Origin: Callorhinchus milii
Lineage: Eukaryota
Length of the DNA stretch: 64,000 bases
Direction: 5' to 3'
Assembly: GCF_018977255.1 (NCBI RefSeq)
Contig: NW_024704743.1
Span: forward strand, 71,612,001 to 71,676,000
Shown here: in pieces, positions 62,449 through 64,000 of the stretch
Layout of the letters: every line of letters starts with the position of its first letter
How positions within the stretch are numbered: the stretch's first letter is position 1
Notes under the pieces: generated by a model
The model's database searches: none
Seen by the model: only the letters and a program-made list of their open reading frames with translations
Told to the model about the DNA's origin: nothing
Program-made: the position numbers and the translations under genes

Positions 62449-64000
62449 TCAACAAAAGATTGTAACACTCAGGCAGATGTATTTCAGGGAATAAAGACTT
62501 AATTAGACCATTTATGATGAGAAAATGCCTAAACGATATAAATGCTCCTACATGCTATGCATCTCCGAGGAGAGTTGACAAGAGGCATCTAATATAAAAA
62601 GGCATGAGCTAAAGATAGCTCTCAAATGTGTGAGAACTGTGGACAATTTTTCTTCTGTTTCCTCTCAATTGCTAAGGTGATAGATTATGGGGAAATTAGC
62701 GAGGGGGAAGGAAACCATCCTACAGGCTAACATGGCAGAGTTTGATTGATAACCTGCAATCCACCAAGAGGAAAGGATCACCAATATTAATGTCAAGGCA
62801 TTTCCAAACTCAGTGCCTTTCACTTCAGGAAGAACCAGGCTTTGAGATGTGGGAACACTGTTGTACTAAAGAAAATCCAAATAAAGAAAATGTGATGTTT
62901 CATACCCAACAGATAATTATCACATCAAACCTATAGACCCACAGAAATGTACGACACAATAGGAAATCATTTAGCCCATTTTTGCGTGTAAGTGTTTGCT
63001 CCTCCAAGAAGCTATCCTTCATAATTCTAATTTCCAGCTCTTTTCCCATACAATCTAATACCACAATTCTGCATCATTTTAAATTTTAGGACCATTTTAA
63101 GACTTTAATAATAATAATCCTTGCATTTGATACAGTCCTTATCACATCTTCAAGACGTCTCAAAACTTTAAAACATTTAAGATGTACAGGCTAAAACCAG
63201 ATTGAATTTCGTGCTTTGTGTCGTAAATAAATCTTGCCTTCCTCAAAAATGTATCTTGGGTTATAAGAATCTAGGAAGATTTGTTGTTGAACCTCTTTTT
63301 AAGTCTGGAAACCTTGCTCACCTGAATTGCCTTATGACACAGCACAGATGAGAAATGGTGAGTAAACACTAGCTTGGGAAATAATATTTGATTAAAGTGG
63401 TTTACAGCTGCCAAGAAATTCAAGCAATTCCATAAGAGCGGTCACTCACCTCATTCTGTTCTTTCCATAAAATATTTATTGAGGTCATGTGAATCTTTAA
63501 ACAGAGTTAACATTCTTCATCCATTCTTTCTATCTCAAAGTGTTTGCAATGAACGGGTTGCCTTGCCCTTTGACTTAAATGAGATTGTCCTGGTTCAAAA
63601 AAAGTGAATTTAATATGGGCTCCACATTAGTGTGAACTGAGAAAAAACAATCCAATTCATGATTCGTTGTGAGACAATGTTGTGAGTAAATTGGCTGCCT
63701 TGTTTGTTTACACAGTGACTATCCTTTACAGTAAATCCTGTGGAGCGCTTTTAGGTATTTTGTTGATGTGATAGGGTGCTATATCAAACAAAAGGAGTAT
63801 TGTATATTATTTATAATTTGGTGGCAAAAGACATTCAGAAAGGTAAGTTACTCAATCCGTAGGGTTCATATTTTTGATATATATATACTGTGTTTTGATA
63901 TATATTTGGTGTAACAAAACCATGTTAATGTGACATAAACTGTCAAGCATAGGCCCAATAGCTAAACTAACAACTGATTGTGATTACAAATTCGAATTAG

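Noticed and set aside
1..64000. CRISPR array, operon or prokaryotic defence system
   Set aside because: No regularly spaced repeat-spacer units, no long intact ORFs, and vertebrate repeat content throughout.

Overview
Eukaryotic, AT-rich, repeat-dense non-coding DNA (intronic or intergenic), not prokaryotic. The mix of HER1/CR1-type LINE ends, L2 LINEs and tRNA-derived Deu-domain SINEs points to a cartilaginous fish; this is inference and the species was not determined. No complete protein-coding gene is visible: the recognisable ORFs are fragments of retrotransposons (CR1, L2, one L1-like, one R4/Dong-like, one possible Penelope). The dominant structure is a 4,652-bp inverted duplication (5596-10247 / 10613-15264) folded around a (CT)n tract and starting exactly at a 25-N gap, which is more likely an assembly artefact than a real palindrome. 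Other notable items: a fossil coding sequence of unknown family in two diverged copies (one split by a CR1 insertion); a perfect 42-bp-arm hairpin at 34921-35009; an unclassified ~600-bp repeat in six copies; and several candidate short exons of an unidentified transcript. Repeat boundaries were judged by eye and are approximate unless stated as exact.
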